Under the pieces are notes generated by a model. That model did no database searches and had not been told where the DNA came from. It saw only the letters and a list, made by a program, of their open reading frames with translations. The translations under genes and the position numbers were made by a program. DNA of 64,000 nucleotides from Escherichia phage vB_Eco_QOTSP. Numbering within the stretch: position 1 is the first letter of the stretch; every line of letters starts with the position of its first letter. The DNA is taken from the sequence record OY720014; one strand, given 5' to 3'. Of the stretch, positions 22,446-39,901 are shown one piece after another.

Positions 22446-24425
22446 TTAACCTGCAAGACCAGTTAACTCATCGAAATCTGCACCAGTAGCAGTTGCGACG
22501 AAATTCAAAGTAATATAATTTATACTGCGCGCCGGTTGGATGTAGAATGTTGCAACAAACTCATTTCTATCAATTACTGACGGAGTGTTATTTGTTGTAT
22601 CGCAAACTACACGATATTCATAAATTCCACCGAGAGCTTTAATTCCCTGTAAGTACTGGGCAGTTTCTGTGCGGAATGATGAACGAGTAAACGCATTGTT
22701 TAATTCGAACAAACGATATTTTGAACTACGTCCGATATTCGTTTTCAACATATTAAACAGACGACGAACGTTAATACGATCAAACGGAGAAGGAACAGAA
22801 GTAGCTGTTTTATCACCATACAATACGTAACCATCACCACCTGTACCAGTTACTGGGTTAATAGCTTCTTGGTATAAACGGTCGCGCTGAGCCTGGCGAG
22901 TTTCAATAGCAAGTTTAATAACGTTAAGAATCTGGCCACGATTATAACCAGCTGGAGACATCCAAGTCTGAGAAACGTTATCGGTTCTCGCGCATAAACC
23001 AGCAATATCAGCTGCTAATGGAACCCAACGATTCACATCATTATATTTGTCATACTGATATTTGTAGTTACCATCGATTGCTGCATAGGTTGAACTGATA
23101 TTAAAGTTATTATCAGTGTATGAACCTGCCGCAGTTCTCCAGTTAACTAAATTATCTACTGCACGAGTTACAGGAATTCCAACTACAGTTTCACGCGGAG
23201 GAGAGCACAATACTAAGCAATCTTGACGAGCATCCCCGATTGAAACAACATGTTTTTGGACAGTAGATGCTGTTTCTAAAGATTCACCGGCACAAGAACC
23301 CGCAATAAACAGCTGAACGTCAACAGATTCACGGTCAGCAAAGAAGTCCCAAGCTTCCATCAAATCTCCTGCTGTTACTTCAGCATTTGATGATAATCCA
23401 CCAGACAGAGTTAAAATTCCAGAGAAGCCTTCTGGCCAGTTTTGCGCAGTTGCAAAAATATATTCTGAACCACCTTTTGCGAAAAAGTCATCGATATAGA
23501 TGTTACTATCGTAAATATCTTTTTCACCACGCTTAGTTGAAAGAACAACGCTTTGAACAATAGCATCATTACGACGAACTATAATAGCATACTGTGAATC
23601 AGTTTGTGGTCCATATCCAAACACTGCTTTAGCAGTAGATGCACGAGTACCACCACCTGGATAAATTGGGAGTAATGCAGAAGCTCCTTTTGCGTAGTCA
23701 GCTTTAGATACGATTTCAATTTCAATTTTATCGCCTAATTCGCCTGGATAAAGAGCTACTACTCCTGGAATTCCGTATTTTTTGAGATTTGCTTGAAAGT
23801 CAACCGCTGTCATAGCAGCTTCAGCATTTTCAATTTCAGCTAATAAAATACCAGAATCAGTAATAATTTTTCCAAGAGTTATTACTGCAGCTAAACCAGA
23901 GGAAGACGAAGAAATTTCCGCAGTCCAGTTAGAACCTAATTCCGGATATTCACCGACTTCTTTCGCTTTAGCGATAATTTTTGCAGTAGGAATATTAATT
24001 TTCTTAATTTTTCCATCTGCGTCTACTTCAGTAATTTTACCTTCAGTTTCAATATCATCTGAAACATATTTGACCGTGATTTTATCTCCAACTGCATAGT
24101 TACTACCTGGGGTAGAAATTGTGTATTCAATATTACCAGCAATCGGAGATGAGTTTTTAGCGGTATCTCTATCGACAGCACGAACAACTCGTAAGTCATT
24201 TCCGTACTGTAAGAAATTCATCGCAGACATAAAATAGTCAGCAGTTTCAGCGGTTGGTTGACCAAAAGTATTAACTAAATCTACTTCATTTGTAACCTGT
24301 TTAATCTGAAAAGCAGGACCCCACTGGAATTTACCGGCCAAAGCTGCTGTACCAGTAGAGTTATTAACCACGGTGCTTTGAACCGTGGTTTCTTTGAGCT
24401 CAATGCCCGGAGATAATAAAGTCAT
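22446..24425 (-). CDS. 18: tail sheath protein gp18
   Basis: 659 aa. Confidence 0.95.
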   Translation of the reverse strand: MTLLSPGIELKETTVQSTVVNNSTGTAALAGKFQWGPAFQIKQVTNEVDLVNTFGQPTAETADYFMSAMNFLQYGNDLRVVRAVDRDTAKNSSPIAGNIEYTISTPGSNYAVGDKITVKYVSDDIETEGKITEVDADGKIKKINIPTAKIIAKAKEVGEYPELGSNWTAEISSSSSGLAAVITLGKIITDSGILLAEIENAEAAMTAVDFQANLKKYGIPGVVALYPGELGDKIEIEIVSKADYAKGASALLPIYPGGGTRASTAKAVFGYGPQTDSQYAIIVRRNDAIVQSVVLSTKRGEKDIYDSNIYIDDFFAKGGSEYIFATAQNWPEGFSGILTLSGGLSSNAEVTAGDLMEAWDFFADRESVDVQLFIAGSCAGESLETASTVQKHVVSIGDARQDCLVLCSPPRETVVGIPVTRAVDNLVNWRTAAGSYTDNNFNISSTYAAIDGNYKYQYDKYNDVNRWVPLAADIAGLCARTDNVSQTWMSPAGYNRGQILNVIKLAIETRQAQRDRLYQEAINPVTGTGGDGYVLYGDKTATSVPSPFDRINVRRLFNMLKTNIGRSSKYRLFELNNAFTRSSFRTETAQYLQGIKALGGIYEYRVVCDTTNNTPSVIDRNEFVATFYIQPARSINYITLNFVATATGADFDELTGLAG

Positions 24426-24453
24426 TTTTAATCCTCTTTAATATGCTTTAATA

Positions 24454-27594
<3,141 letters not shown>

Positions 27595-27635
27595 GATTTC
27601 TCCTAATCTGGGCTTTAATTAGTTTATAATATTTA

Positions 27636-29337
<1,702 letters not shown>

Positions 29338-29349
29338 TTAAAATCCTTT

Positions 29350-29365
29350 GGGGCCTTGCGGCCCC
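29350..29365. terminator. hairpin GGGGCC-TTGC-GGCCCC between wac and gene 13
   Basis: Perfect 6-bp GC stem. Confidence 0.5.
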
Positions 29366-29368
29366 ATG

Positions 29369-30832
29369 TTATGCTGGTGATAAAAAGGTAGAAAGCAATA
29401 CCCATTCGCCGTCTTTACGAACGTAAGCTTGGCCATCTTTTGGAGCTTCAGGAATATAACCGGCTTCTTGGAGAGCTTGAACATCGCCTTGTAAAGAAGA
29501 TATATTGCCTTTAGCTGTATTCACTTCTTGTGTAACTGATGCAATGTTGGTTTCGTTAGCTTTTATTGAATTGGTTAATCCGCGCTCTTCAACAGTTGAA
29601 CCGTTTGGATTAGTTCCATTTACTAAAGTATTTAACGCTACAACTTGCCCTTTAATTCCTGTGCTATTATTACCAATCTCTACTTGTAGGTTTTGAACAT
29701 CATTATTCAAGCCTGAAACAGAAGTTTCAATTGTAGAAACTCGGTTTAAAAGAGACCCAGGAGGAGAAGGTTGTCCACCGCTAGAATCAGTTCCAACAAT
29801 TTGGTTTAACCACGAAACATTCGCTCTTAAACCAGATGAAGTGTTTTCACCGACGATTCCATTTAGAGATTCGATTGAAGTTGTATTATCTTTGATTTGA
29901 CCTTTAATACTCGAAGGAATATCATCTGATCCAATAGAAGTTTCAATAACGGTTAAACGCTGTTTAATACCTCCACTTTGATTTAGCTCTAAATTAATAG
30001 ATGCAATATTATCAGTGTTTGTATTAACACTCGTGATAATCGAATTATTTCCTGGATATCCTATTGAGGTCTTAATAGCACTAATGTCAGATTCAACTGT
30101 TGTCTGTTTAGTGTCAATTTCATTTAAACGACTGTAAACGTTCTGTGAAAATGACGGTGGTTTTGGTCCAAGCTCTTCGCGAAGATTACCAACTTCAATA
30201 GTCAAAGAACCTACATCAGATTCAATAAATTTTGTTTCTAATTCGCTTAAACGTATTCCCTGTGAAGTAATGACATCAGTATTATTAATAATGCGATGCT
30301 TCATTCCACTACTAGGATTTCCTACAACAGGAAGACCATTAATATCTTGACCTGTGTATTGTCCAAGTTCACGCTTTATCCACAGTAAATCATTTCTGAT
30401 CGTTCTGTATACAGAGTTGGCCTCGGAGTTAAATGGACCAATATCAGCAAGAATGCTGTCAACTGTACTATTAGTCCCATTTAATATTTCTGTATGTTCA
30501 CTGGTTAGCGTTTTAAGGTCAGAAATATCATTTTTATTGATACTTATTTGGGCCAAAGCTTCAATATCACCAGATACATCTAAGATGCCCTGAATTGTTT
30601 TAATATCACTATTTGCGGTTTCTAAAGATGTTTTAAGTATTCCAATGTTTTTATCGAGAACTTCAACATTTCTTAGTACAGAAACTGTAGGTCTATTCAT
30701 TGAACCTTCACTTCCATACTGTGTGTCAGCTCCTAATATTTCTTCGCCGTTTTTAATCCAGGAAATGCGGCTCTGGCCCTCTGCAGGAGGGCCGTCAACG
30801 AATGGTAAGTCATTCAGTACAATATCTGTCAT
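29369..30832 (-). CDS. wac: fibritin (whisker, Wac)
   Basis: 487 aa; C-terminal foldon [27 protein letters not shown]. Confidence 0.95.
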   Translation of the reverse strand: MTDIVLNDLPFVDGPPAEGQSRISWIKNGEEILGADTQYGSEGSMNRPTVSVLRNVEVLDKNIGILKTSLETANSDIKTIQGILDVSGDIEALAQISINKNDISDLKTLTSEHTEILNGTNSTVDSILADIGPFNSEANSVYRTIRNDLLWIKRELGQYTGQDINGLPVVGNPSSGMKHRIINNTDVITSQGIRLSELETKFIESDVGSLTIEVGNLREELGPKPPSFSQNVYSRLNEIDTKQTTVESDISAIKTSIGYPGNNSIITSVNTNTDNIASINLELNQSGGIKQRLTVIETSIGSDDIPSSIKGQIKDNTTSIESLNGIVGENTSSGLRANVSWLNQIVGTDSSGGQPSPPGSLLNRVSTIETSVSGLNNDVQNLQVEIGNNSTGIKGQVVALNTLVNGTNPNGSTVEERGLTNSIKANETNIASVTQEVNTAKGNISSLQGDVQALQEAGYIPEAPKDGQAYVRKDGEWVLLSTFLSPA

Positions 30833-32412
30833 TCTTTTACCTTAATTATGTAGTTTAAAGAAATGTTCCATGGACGTGTTTCATTTCCAATTAATTCAGG
30901 ACGATTTAATGTATATTTGGAATTTCGTTGTGATGCCGGGTCAATTTCATATCCGTCATTGGTGAAGTATGAACGGTTATCCCAGTCAAGTCCTTTACGT
31001 GTACCAACAAAATTTGATCTACGGGTATTACCGAATGCTCCAGAATCATCATGCTCACCAAATCCGCCAGCATGTTTATGATAAGACATTTGTTGTTTCT
31101 GTACTTCACCAACATATCCACCAGTACAACCTACACCTAATCTAGGCTTACCAAACTGGTCATTACCATTAACATTTGGATTTGTTAAGTGAGAGCCGCG
31201 ACCAGAGCCGCGAACAAAAAGACCGCGCATATCAGGTAATCCAGGATTTGATGAACTTCCGCCGTATCTTGTTCCAATTCTAGAAGCATATAATGGACAA
31301 TCTGATGCTGAAACAGTTCCGCCATGACAAAAACGCCAAGCATCACTAGGAAGACTATCAGCGGCCCACATCATAATAGCTCCGACAGGAATAGTTCTAT
31401 CAATTTCATTTTGTGTTACGACACGCTTACCTTGAATATAACCACCGGTCATGTTAACTGTTCCGGTAATATTTGCTCCACCTGAAGCTATCGTGAGCGT
31501 ATTATTAATGCGAAGTGTTCCATTAATCGTTTGACCACCTCTTTGGTGGATAACATCAGCATTCCAAGCTAGTGCTGATGAAGCATCACCTCCACTCTGT
31601 GAGCCGGCAGTTGTAGTTAATTTAACTACGCCTCTCATTGACGTTGTAGAACCACGACCATTAAGAGTTGCACCAGTAACAGCAACAGAAGCATTATTCG
31701 AGTTAACTTCTGATTGTGTTCCTAATTTAATTACGCCTTTATATTCTTCAGTAGCAGATGAATTCATAAACGTATAAGGAGAAATTGCATAGCCTTCTCT
31801 TAAAGTTCCCTGACGAACCTGCGCTACTGTTGCTAATTGAACAACACCTTGGTCCGATTCAGTAGCTGTGGTTTCAGAAGGAGCAATTTGCGCAATTAAT
31901 TTAATAGCTAACTGCTGTGTTTTTAATGGAGTCATTGCAGTAGTATCATCTGCACCAGCTAATGCTTGCGGTAGAGATGAAATTTTAATAACACCATTCG
32001 AGGATTCAGTTGAAACTCGTGTTTCAAACGCATTATTAAGAGCAACAGTAAATTTAGCTGGAGTTATAGAAGATTCATTATTAACTCCGGCAATGGCTTC
32101 ATCATTGGTTGAATATCTTGTTAATCCGTAAACAGTTTCAGTTGCGTTTGGATATGATAATCTTGTTGCCAACGTTGCTGGTGTAACTGCTTTGGTATTA
32201 TTAGTTCCATCTATAACTTCCTGTTCAGTGGCAAGAAATAAAATTCCCTTTGTTGTTGACGATGCATCAGGAACTCCATTTACGCCAGCAGGAGAAATGG
32301 CTGCTATAGCAGCCTGAACATCAGTAATCTCTGGTGGAAAATTCGTATCGGTAGGATCAAATTTTACATAACGAGATTCATTAGAAACGTGTTGATATGT
32401 ATTATTACTCAT
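30829..32412 (-). CDS. 12: short tail fibre gp12
   Basis: 527 aa. Confidence 0.9.
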   Translation of the reverse strand: MSNNTYQHVSNESRYVKFDPTDTNFPPEITDVQAAIAAISPAGVNGVPDASSTTKGILFLATEQEVIDGTNNTKAVTPATLATRLSYPNATETVYGLTRYSTNDEAIAGVNNESSITPAKFTVALNNAFETRVSTESSNGVIKISSLPQALAGADDTTAMTPLKTQQLAIKLIAQIAPSETTATESDQGVVQLATVAQVRQGTLREGYAISPYTFMNSSATEEYKGVIKLGTQSEVNSNNASVAVTGATLNGRGSTTSMRGVVKLTTTAGSQSGGDASSALAWNADVIHQRGGQTINGTLRINNTLTIASGGANITGTVNMTGGYIQGKRVVTQNEIDRTIPVGAIMMWAADSLPSDAWRFCHGGTVSASDCPLYASRIGTRYGGSSSNPGLPDMRGLFVRGSGRGSHLTNPNVNGNDQFGKPRLGVGCTGGYVGEVQKQQMSYHKHAGGFGEHDDSGAFGNTRRSNFVGTRKGLDWDNRSYFTNDGYEIDPASQRNSKYTLNRPELIGNETRPWNISLNYIIKVKE

Positions 32413-33068
32413 GCTGTTCTCTCAAAATGATAAAGTACTGTAGGAGTCTGCTGATTATCTAAAGTTACAGTTTGTGCGCCTAATAAATTCCATGTACCAT
32501 AGCCAGGTTTAGACTCAGAAATAATTTCCTGCGAAATAGTTATTCCATATGTAGAATATGTGCTTAATACATGTTTTTGATTGTCTAAATAAGTAACTTC
32601 TAATTTACTACCATCTGTTGGATGGTCTTTATATGAATTGATAGCAGTAAATGACGCAATAGCTTCTTGTAGTGCAACACGAACTTTGGCAACAAACTCG
32701 ATAGCTGTCATTCCGGTTGTTGCTGAAACTGGAAGACCAAATACTAATACAGTAACAGGAGAACCAGGAGGAAGCGAATCATCTGTCACAGTTCCTGAAA
32801 ATGCCCAATAATCAGTTTGAGAAACGCCCTCAGGAGAAACACCAGTTTTATTAGTAATAATTGTACCAATGTCTTTTATAGAAAAATTATGAACATCATT
32901 AATAGCTGATTCTACGTTTGGTTCATAAAATCCTTTCGCTAATTGAGAAATTGTCACTGACCCAACTGATTGACGATTCATTACATCTATATTACCAGCT
33001 TTAGGTCTAAAACCAAGAAAATCGGCTAAGCGGGAAATAACTCCCGCTTTATTATTAAGTAAACTCAT
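32409..33068 (-). CDS. 11: baseplate wedge / tail pin gp11
   Basis: 219 aa from ATG overlapping gp10 stop (ORF track extends 6 codons upstream). Confidence 0.8.
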   Translation of the reverse strand: MSLLNNKAGVISRLADFLGFRPKAGNIDVMNRQSVGSVTISQLAKGFYEPNVESAINDVHNFSIKDIGTIITNKTGVSPEGVSQTDYWAFSGTVTDDSLPPGSPVTVLVFGLPVSATTGMTAIEFVAKVRVALQEAIASFTAINSYKDHPTDGSKLEVTYLDNQKHVLSTYSTYGITISQEIISESKPGYGTWNLLGAQTVTLDNQQTPTVLYHFERTA

Positions 33069-34876
33069 TATGCAATCCTTATCCAACGATAAACTGTAAT
33101 ATATGGTTGAATGTTAGTTATTGATGTTGGCGGAGTGTGAGTAGAGTTAGTAGATGCTTTAGCTTCACGGTATTTAGTGTAAATTGGACCGGATTCATCT
33201 GGATCGTATTGACACCCACCAACAATGACTGATCCATTTTCATCAACTATTAGAACTTCTTCATCTGTTTCAGTTGCAGGAAGATTAGCATTTTCCAATG
33301 TAACAGAAGTAGAACCACCTGTTCCACCTGCAGTATGCGAAGGATTTCCACCCGAATCTAAATCGTTGTTATTTAGAGCAAAGTTAGGGTCCGAAATATC
33401 TTCATTCCATCCAACTAAAACTTTTCCTTGCCCAAATAATTTCCATGAGCCGAATCCCATATATGTAACAGGGTTATTTGGATTAACAGCGTTTTCATAT
33501 ATAGTTCCAATAGGATAAATCGTATCAAAGATATTTGAAACAGCATTAAATTCGCGTTGGTAAGATTGAACTGCTTCTACATTTGGCCAACCAATTTTAT
33601 CGAAGTCTGTTAAATTTACATCGCCAGAAATATCTACTCCCGGTCCTTGTGATACATAGAGATTATCAGTTTCATCAATAATCTCATCTTTTGTTAATAA
33701 TGTACCCAAATCATTATTAAACCAGGTGATATTGATAATGTCACCATGCTCAAATACTCTATCGAAATGTAAAATTTCCGGTATGCCGTTTTCATCAGTT
33801 TCAACTGAATAATCGGTATGAGATTGTTCCCAAGTTCCACCTAAAACAGAGCATTCTACTTCATCGTCTGAATCGGCACCAACACAATGAAATAATGGCA
33901 TTCCAACTGTGCCAGCTAATTCCTGCAAAATTCCATTAAAACGAACCTCAAGAGAGTTAGGATTAATAGGTTCTCCTGGAATTAATCCAAAAGCAGAAAA
34001 TGGAATTGATTTCATTGTTGATAAATCAGTAACGTAAATGCTTCCTTCTAAAGAAGTTTTTGACGTTAATTTTGAATCTAACAATCTAATTTGACGTCTT
34101 GTATATGAACTTCTCCACTGCGATACACCATCCATAAATGTTTCAATTTGAACAGTGTCACCAATATTACAAGGCTGTCTTAATCGAATATTAAATCCAT
34201 CAAGAGGAACTAGTTCTCCTTCATTTTCGCCCGGAGAGCCAAAATCACTGTTTTCGCTAAACACATCGCCATAATACAATTCGTTACCACGATGTTTTAC
34301 TCTGATGTTATTTACATTATAACTGGTTCCACGGAAAACATCTAAAAAGTCTGTTTGTCCTTGGACTTCGACTAAAAATTCTTTACGAGCTACATTACTA
34401 ATGTCTGAACTGGTAATTTTGTCAATTTGTTTATTTTTGACATATTCCCAACGTCCTGGGGCACAATACACTAGTTCTAAATCGCTGAATTGAACATTAA
34501 TTTCAACTGGTACTGCAGACCCTTTAATCGTATCTCCGGAAGCAGCTACTAGTGTAACTGGGTTGACGTTCCATGTAGCAAATACGTCTCTAGCTCTAAT
34601 TACCTTGTTGTAATCATTAACTGTGCCCTTTGGAAGATTTATAGTCACTCTTCCAGAAGATGTATTAATAGCGTATGATTTTCCCCATTCTGCTGTTAAT
34701 GTTTGTCCTGATGAAGCATTATAAGTTTTCCAGGCACCGGCTGAATATGGAACATCACCATCACCGAGTTCATAATAAAGCTCATCAAAGTTTTCATTTA
34801 TTTTTATACCACCTTTACGCAGGTAGTCACCGGTACCATCATCTACAACATTACCGATATTAATATTTTGTTTCAT
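33068..34876 (-). CDS. 10: baseplate wedge subunit gp10
   Basis: 602 aa. Confidence 0.9.
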   Translation of the reverse strand: MKQNINIGNVVDDGTGDYLRKGGIKINENFDELYYELGDGDVPYSAGAWKTYNASSGQTLTAEWGKSYAINTSSGRVTINLPKGTVNDYNKVIRARDVFATWNVNPVTLVAASGDTIKGSAVPVEINVQFSDLELVYCAPGRWEYVKNKQIDKITSSDISNVARKEFLVEVQGQTDFLDVFRGTSYNVNNIRVKHRGNELYYGDVFSENSDFGSPGENEGELVPLDGFNIRLRQPCNIGDTVQIETFMDGVSQWRSSYTRRQIRLLDSKLTSKTSLEGSIYVTDLSTMKSIPFSAFGLIPGEPINPNSLEVRFNGILQELAGTVGMPLFHCVGADSDDEVECSVLGGTWEQSHTDYSVETDENGIPEILHFDRVFEHGDIINITWFNNDLGTLLTKDEIIDETDNLYVSQGPGVDISGDVNLTDFDKIGWPNVEAVQSYQREFNAVSNIFDTIYPIGTIYENAVNPNNPVTYMGFGSWKLFGQGKVLVGWNEDISDPNFALNNNDLDSGGNPSHTAGGTGGSTSVTLENANLPATETDEEVLIVDENGSVIVGGCQYDPDESGPIYTKYREAKASTNSTHTPPTSITNIQPYITVYRWIRIA

Positions 34877-35742
34877 TATTGAGCCACCCCGATTTTCTGC
34901 GTAGCGATAACTTTAACTGCTGCTCTCATACCGACAGTTGAAGAACTTATAGTCGCCGTTACGTAATTTTCTTTAATACTAAATGCAATATTAGCGATTT
35001 CGTCTTCTTCGGTTTCATTCCCAACTCGCATGACAGCATATTCAGAAGAAATTACCTCTGAATTGACAGTATCCACAAGAATATTTATTTCTGCTGTTTT
35101 AATTTTTCTTCCATCTACTGATTGGCATGTAACTAGTAATTTAGCCATATTGTATTCAGTGCGATGAAATAGTGGAATATCAACTGATCCAGATGTAGAA
35201 ATATTCCATGTACCTTCAGCTGGTGATTCCTTTTGTCCAAACATACTTTCAATAGAATAATTCCAAACCGACGTAGAATTATCAGATGAAATACAGCGTA
35301 AAGTAACTTTACTATATGGGCTAGTTACTACTAAATTACCTGAAACACCTTTAATTGAATCAATAGCTTGAATTGTCAAAGGATTAGTAACTGATATTGA
35401 TCCGTTAGAATTAATGAATTCAACACAATCGCCGAGTTCGCCTCTTTCAATGATAACTTTAACACCTACAGTAGAGGTATCAATATCATGCCTAGTGCCA
35501 ACTTTTACTGGAGTTGCATACTCTGCAATAGAGTGTTTTTGATAATATCCAGTAGCATGGATAATTTGACCATCTGCTCCGGTGCCATTTGCTACTGCCA
35601 TTTTACGTTGATCGCCAAACGCATTATAAATTGCGTTAAAATCACTATTAATTTTATTACCACCGTCGAATAAGATATCACCAGTAGAAGCGTTACCAAT
35701 TTCGCCGGTATCAATCAATTTCTTTGGTTCTTGAATGAACAT
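34876..35742 (-). CDS. 9: baseplate wedge / long tail fibre socket gp9
   Basis: 288 aa. Confidence 0.9.
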   Translation of the reverse strand: MFIQEPKKLIDTGEIGNASTGDILFDGGNKINSDFNAIYNAFGDQRKMAVANGTGADGQIIHATGYYQKHSIAEYATPVKVGTRHDIDTSTVGVKVIIERGELGDCVEFINSNGSISVTNPLTIQAIDSIKGVSGNLVVTSPYSKVTLRCISSDNSTSVWNYSIESMFGQKESPAEGTWNISTSGSVDIPLFHRTEYNMAKLLVTCQSVDGRKIKTAEINILVDTVNSEVISSEYAVMRVGNETEEDEIANIAFSIKENYVTATISSSTVGMRAAVKVIATQKIGVAQ

Positions 35743-35766
35743 AGCGGTTTCCTTATGAGTTTATAG

Positions 35767-35774
35767 TATTTATA
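35767..35774 (-). promoter_or_regulatory. late promoter TATAAATA upstream of gene 9
   Basis: Exact motif; adjacent hairpin GGGAGCCC-ATGGGCTCCC at 35783..35800. Confidence 0.6.
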
Positions 35775-35805
35775 AAGAAAAAGGGAGCCCATGGGCTCCC
35801 TTAAT

Positions 35806-36810
35806 TTAAAATGTAAACAGAATATTGATTTCTTCTGTCTGATCCATTGCCATAATAATAGGTGGCCTATTTTCCATATAAATCATTTCGCCCGAATGCC
35901 TCATTAAATCTTCCGGATCATAATAATCCTTTTCAGCTTTAACGTTTGGGTCATTTGGATGAGCTTTAGCTTCAAGAGGATTCGTGATTATTGATATTTG
36001 TCTAAATCCTTTATTTCCCGGCAATGCAGCCTCAGGAAAATAAACTGAATCTAAATATGCTTTAAAACGGATAGTATTTGCCTTAACACGGTAAATTAAT
36101 CCAAAATCATCTTGTTGCCAAGTGAGATTATCTTCATACCCCCATCTAGTCGGGTCTTCTTTTAATTCCTCAGGCCAAGGAACCACGATATATTCATTCG
36201 TACATCTATTTATAGATACATCAGGCGGAATCTCAAAAAGATATTCCCAAACATATCCGTCCCCAGGTTCAATTGTTCCTTCAGCATCTCCTCGACCTTC
36301 AGGAGGAGTCATTGACCTAGCAGAAGGAGTCCATTTTCCACCTAACTTAAGGCATTCATCCTTATCAGTTAAAGATGCGATTGAACACATTCCGGTATCA
36401 GGAACATCTAAACAACGATATACTAACCAGCCTGCGCCTGATTCAGTAGCGTTGTAAGGAGCTGAGTTACACACTACAATATCGTTAATTCTAAATGTGT
36501 ATGGATCCGGATATCTAGTATCTCCCCAATCTCGACGAGGAATAACTGCATCAAGCATAGATGGAAGAACCTTTACGGTTCCCATCATATGAGTCCACAT
36601 GTCAGTTACACCTAATACAGAATCGGTAGGATAAGGTGGAGCAAAGCCCACCTCATTTTCATTTGATGACCACGGTTCTGATCTTCCAAATGTGATAAAG
36701 ATAGTGTTTTTATCCGGACCACTTCCAATTGAATTATAAAAATTCAACATTTTTTCTGTTCTAAATTTTGAAGTAACTATCGCACGATAGATAACACTTG
36801 AATCATTCAT
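35806..36810 (-). CDS. 8: baseplate wedge subunit gp8
   Basis: 334 aa. Confidence 0.9.
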   Translation of the reverse strand: MNDSSVIYRAIVTSKFRTEKMLNFYNSIGSGPDKNTIFITFGRSEPWSSNENEVGFAPPYPTDSVLGVTDMWTHMMGTVKVLPSMLDAVIPRRDWGDTRYPDPYTFRINDIVVCNSAPYNATESGAGWLVYRCLDVPDTGMCSIASLTDKDECLKLGGKWTPSARSMTPPEGRGDAEGTIEPGDGYVWEYLFEIPPDVSINRCTNEYIVVPWPEELKEDPTRWGYEDNLTWQQDDFGLIYRVKANTIRFKAYLDSVYFPEAALPGNKGFRQISIITNPLEAKAHPNDPNVKAEKDYYDPEDLMRHSGEMIYMENRPPIIMAMDQTEEINILFTF

Positions 36811-39800
36811 CTATTTTAACCTGTGTTGGATTTTCAGGGTCTCTTGGATTTCCTATATTATCTTTTAGACGTTTATTAACTAAATCTCTAAATTGCGCAA
36901 ATGTTGTTCCAGATGCATCAAATAAAGGACTCATTAATTTACGTCGTTCAGACGGCAATTGACCTTGAAATATTGAATTATTATTTTCAGCATTATAGTC
37001 ATCAGGAAGAGGATATTCTACACCAGCCATTGGGCCAGGCTCATAAATTGCTTCGCCTGTTACCGAATCATGCTCAATTTCACCAGTTGGAGTCAATTTA
37101 GCTACTCTATCAGCATATTCAGTAGGCAATCCAGAATCCCATTTATAGTTTTTGTATTTATTAATTATAGTCTCTGTGTGTTTAAGAGTTAAACCAACAT
37201 TAATAAACATTGTTAAAAGGGTAATTGCTATAAATCCAAATCCTACTGGATGAACAAAACGAATAACGTCAGATTTCCAACGAGAAGAAGGTAAATTGGA
37301 TTTAATTTTCATTACATAATATGATCGACTTCTATTAATATAGTCTATATTATTTTGAAGCAAATCCTTTCCTTTAACCCCACGAATAATTTCGCCTTCA
37401 AAACTAGGGAGTCTTTCTGCTTTAACTTCTTGACCAGCAATTAATCGTCCCAAAAGATTATGAATAGTCACGGTCCATTGCAATTTACCATTAGAATAGC
37501 TTCTTTCTATATAAGTAACATTACATCTTCCTGTTGCCGTATAAATCGTTTGTCCTACTAAATCTTCAGTCAAAGAATCAGATTGAACGATTATGTCATA
37601 TTCAGTACCAGCCCCAGATTCAATTTCAATTTCAACTTCTTCATTATAAAGAACTTTAAAAAGAAACTTGTATGATGCTTCAATTCCTTTAGTAGAATAA
37701 AAATCATAGCTACGTGATTCAAAGAATCTCGCAACAGCATCGCGTTTGTCAGCATTTAAATAAATGTTTCTTTTATATATCTCTGACCACAAATATTCCC
37801 ATGCATGCTCTTCTCGTGGATATTGGTTACGAATTAAATTTCGTAAATTGTTATACTGAGTTCCATATCCATCAGAAAGATATTGAATATATGCTTCGCA
37901 AAATGCTTCAAAATTCGAATCCTGTAACAAATAAGAATCAGGCATCATTGTGCCAATTAATGGTCTTAAATCAGGGTCAGCTAATCCACGCTCTTCTTCT
38001 GGTGACCAAGGAGTATCATGCTCTTGGTTTTGTAAAAATGCTTTTAAAAATACTTCAGTTGGCTTCCAAATAATTTCTACTGTATCTCTCACGCGATAGT
38101 TAAAATCATAGTAAGAAATTATTTCACCAGAGGCTTTATAGAAAAGCATCCCAGATGCATATTTTTTAAATCCAGTGAATTTAACATTTGGCATTACTAT
38201 AGTACAATCGCCATCATCCCAGTATTCATGAACTAATCTATCTGGTGATGTTTCCGGAATATTTTCTATAACTTTAGTGTATTTTAAATCAGCATAAACT
38301 ACTACAACCCTATCGGAGTTGTTTATCCAACAGCGTGTGTTAGATTTTTTAGACCAGTTAAAGAACGGTTCTGCGTAGTATTTCATTGGTTGAGGAGTAA
38401 AAGTCTCCCAATCAGATTTTTCATCCGCTATAAATGCCATCATATGATAATGCTTATCAGCTAGCCATTCACGAGGAAATTCATATTTGACAGCACCAAT
38501 TAACTGATATTTTGCTGCAGTTTCAGGGTCATTAACAACATTATCACTTAAAAATTTAAAATTACTCGAAGACAGAGAAACTAATTTACCGTCAGTTGAC
38601 ATATTCGCATATCCTGGTTGAATACGTCTTCTTTCTTCTTCGGTATTACCGAAAACTCTTTTCCATGTCTTTTCGTCATGATTTAAAACATATATTCCTT
38701 TATCAGCGGAATCAATTATTTTTGATGTTCTAGGATTAGCATTTAATGTTTCAACTTCACCAATAATAAGCGCAAAAACTTTATCACCGATAGAATCCAT
38801 TTTATAACATACTGCTTTAGGATTTCCGGTTATAGTCATGGTATCAGGTTCAAAAAGTCTTTCCGAATATGTTGGAGATAATGGGTCAGAATCTATAGGT
38901 GCATTACTCGTTTTTATGTATCTAACTTTGTCTCTGGCGACAACGTAAATGTAATCATCGGTGCAAGTAATAGCTTCTGCAATGCGGTATACATTCGCTG
39001 GCAAAGTCGCGTAAGTGGCAAAAATTTCTACATCAAATCCTAGATGTAATTGGTCGCCAAGTTTAGCAAATGTTATATCCTGAGAACTAAATCTGACATC
39101 ATCGGCTGACCATCTAACATCAGTAGATTTGCGGCCATAGAAAATCTTGTCGTATCCTAGAACGTATGTTGTGTTCGCAGATTGGTAATATACTGTCTTA
39201 GATAAAGGATATCCTACACGGTCATTGAAGAGCTTTACAGCTTTCCAGGTTTGTCCTTTATCATTGGATACTTTAACTACAGGTTGATAGCGCTCAAAAA
39301 GATATAGAATTCCTTCTGATTCCATCAAATAAACTCGGTTAATATCCTTACATACTTGCTGAATAGAACCTTGTATTTCATGATACTCATTTTCACCAAT
39401 AATAAAATTACTTATTGATGAAACATCAACATACGATGGGCTGAATTGAAATGATTCATTCATCAATGCAGCCATTATAGTGTCATTATTAAAATTAACA
39501 TAATCAGAATTATTAAGAGTAAATTTTTCCTGAATGAATTTATTGGCTAATTGCATTTCAATCATGTTTTGAAATGTATAAGCATTTGTAGCAAAAGTTT
39601 CAAACTCTTCGGTATAAATCCAATCAGACTGCTCAAAATCTTGCGCAGCTGTAGCTACTCTGATAATGTATGATGTCAATGGATCAGCATCATCAAAAAA
39701 GAAGCTGTTATTTGCAGTATATCCTAAGTTAATCCATCTGTATTGATTACTCGGGAGATTTTCCCCCGAGTTTGTTTTTGTCTCAGCGATTTCTACAAAA

Positions 39801-39901
39801 TAGTAGAAATTAGCACCAACGTCATCCCAGCGTACTTGCACCTGATTTGCGGATAACTTGGAAATTCTGAGACTAGTGACTGAAGGTGCTTTTACTGTCA
39901 T
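36803..39901 (-). CDS. 7: baseplate wedge subunit gp7
   Basis: 1032 aa. Confidence 0.9.
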   Translation of the reverse strand: MTVKAPSVTSLRISKLSANQVQVRWDDVGANFYYFVEIAETKTNSGENLPSNQYRWINLGYTANNSFFFDDADPLTSYIIRVATAAQDFEQSDWIYTEEFETFATNAYTFQNMIEMQLANKFIQEKFTLNNSDYVNFNNDTIMAALMNESFQFSPSYVDVSSISNFIIGENEYHEIQGSIQQVCKDINRVYLMESEGILYLFERYQPVVKVSNDKGQTWKAVKLFNDRVGYPLSKTVYYQSANTTYVLGYDKIFYGRKSTDVRWSADDVRFSSQDITFAKLGDQLHLGFDVEIFATYATLPANVYRIAEAITCTDDYIYVVARDKVRYIKTSNAPIDSDPLSPTYSERLFEPDTMTITGNPKAVCYKMDSIGDKVFALIIGEVETLNANPRTSKIIDSADKGIYVLNHDEKTWKRVFGNTEEERRRIQPGYANMSTDGKLVSLSSSNFKFLSDNVVNDPETAAKYQLIGAVKYEFPREWLADKHYHMMAFIADEKSDWETFTPQPMKYYAEPFFNWSKKSNTRCWINNSDRVVVVYADLKYTKVIENIPETSPDRLVHEYWDDGDCTIVMPNVKFTGFKKYASGMLFYKASGEIISYYDFNYRVRDTVEIIWKPTEVFLKAFLQNQEHDTPWSPEEERGLADPDLRPLIGTMMPDSYLLQDSNFEAFCEAYIQYLSDGYGTQYNNLRNLIRNQYPREEHAWEYLWSEIYKRNIYLNADKRDAVARFFESRSYDFYSTKGIEASYKFLFKVLYNEEVEIEIESGAGTEYDIIVQSDSLTEDLVGQTIYTATGRCNVTYIERSYSNGKLQWTVTIHNLLGRLIAGQEVKAERLPSFEGEIIRGVKGKDLLQNNIDYINRSRSYYVMKIKSNLPSSRWKSDVIRFVHPVGFGFIAITLLTMFINVGLTLKHTETIINKYKNYKWDSGLPTEYADRVAKLTPTGEIEHDSVTGEAIYEPGPMAGVEYPLPDDYNAENNNSIFQGQLPSERRKLMSPLFDASGTTFAQFRDLVNKRLKDNIGNPRDPENPTQVKIDE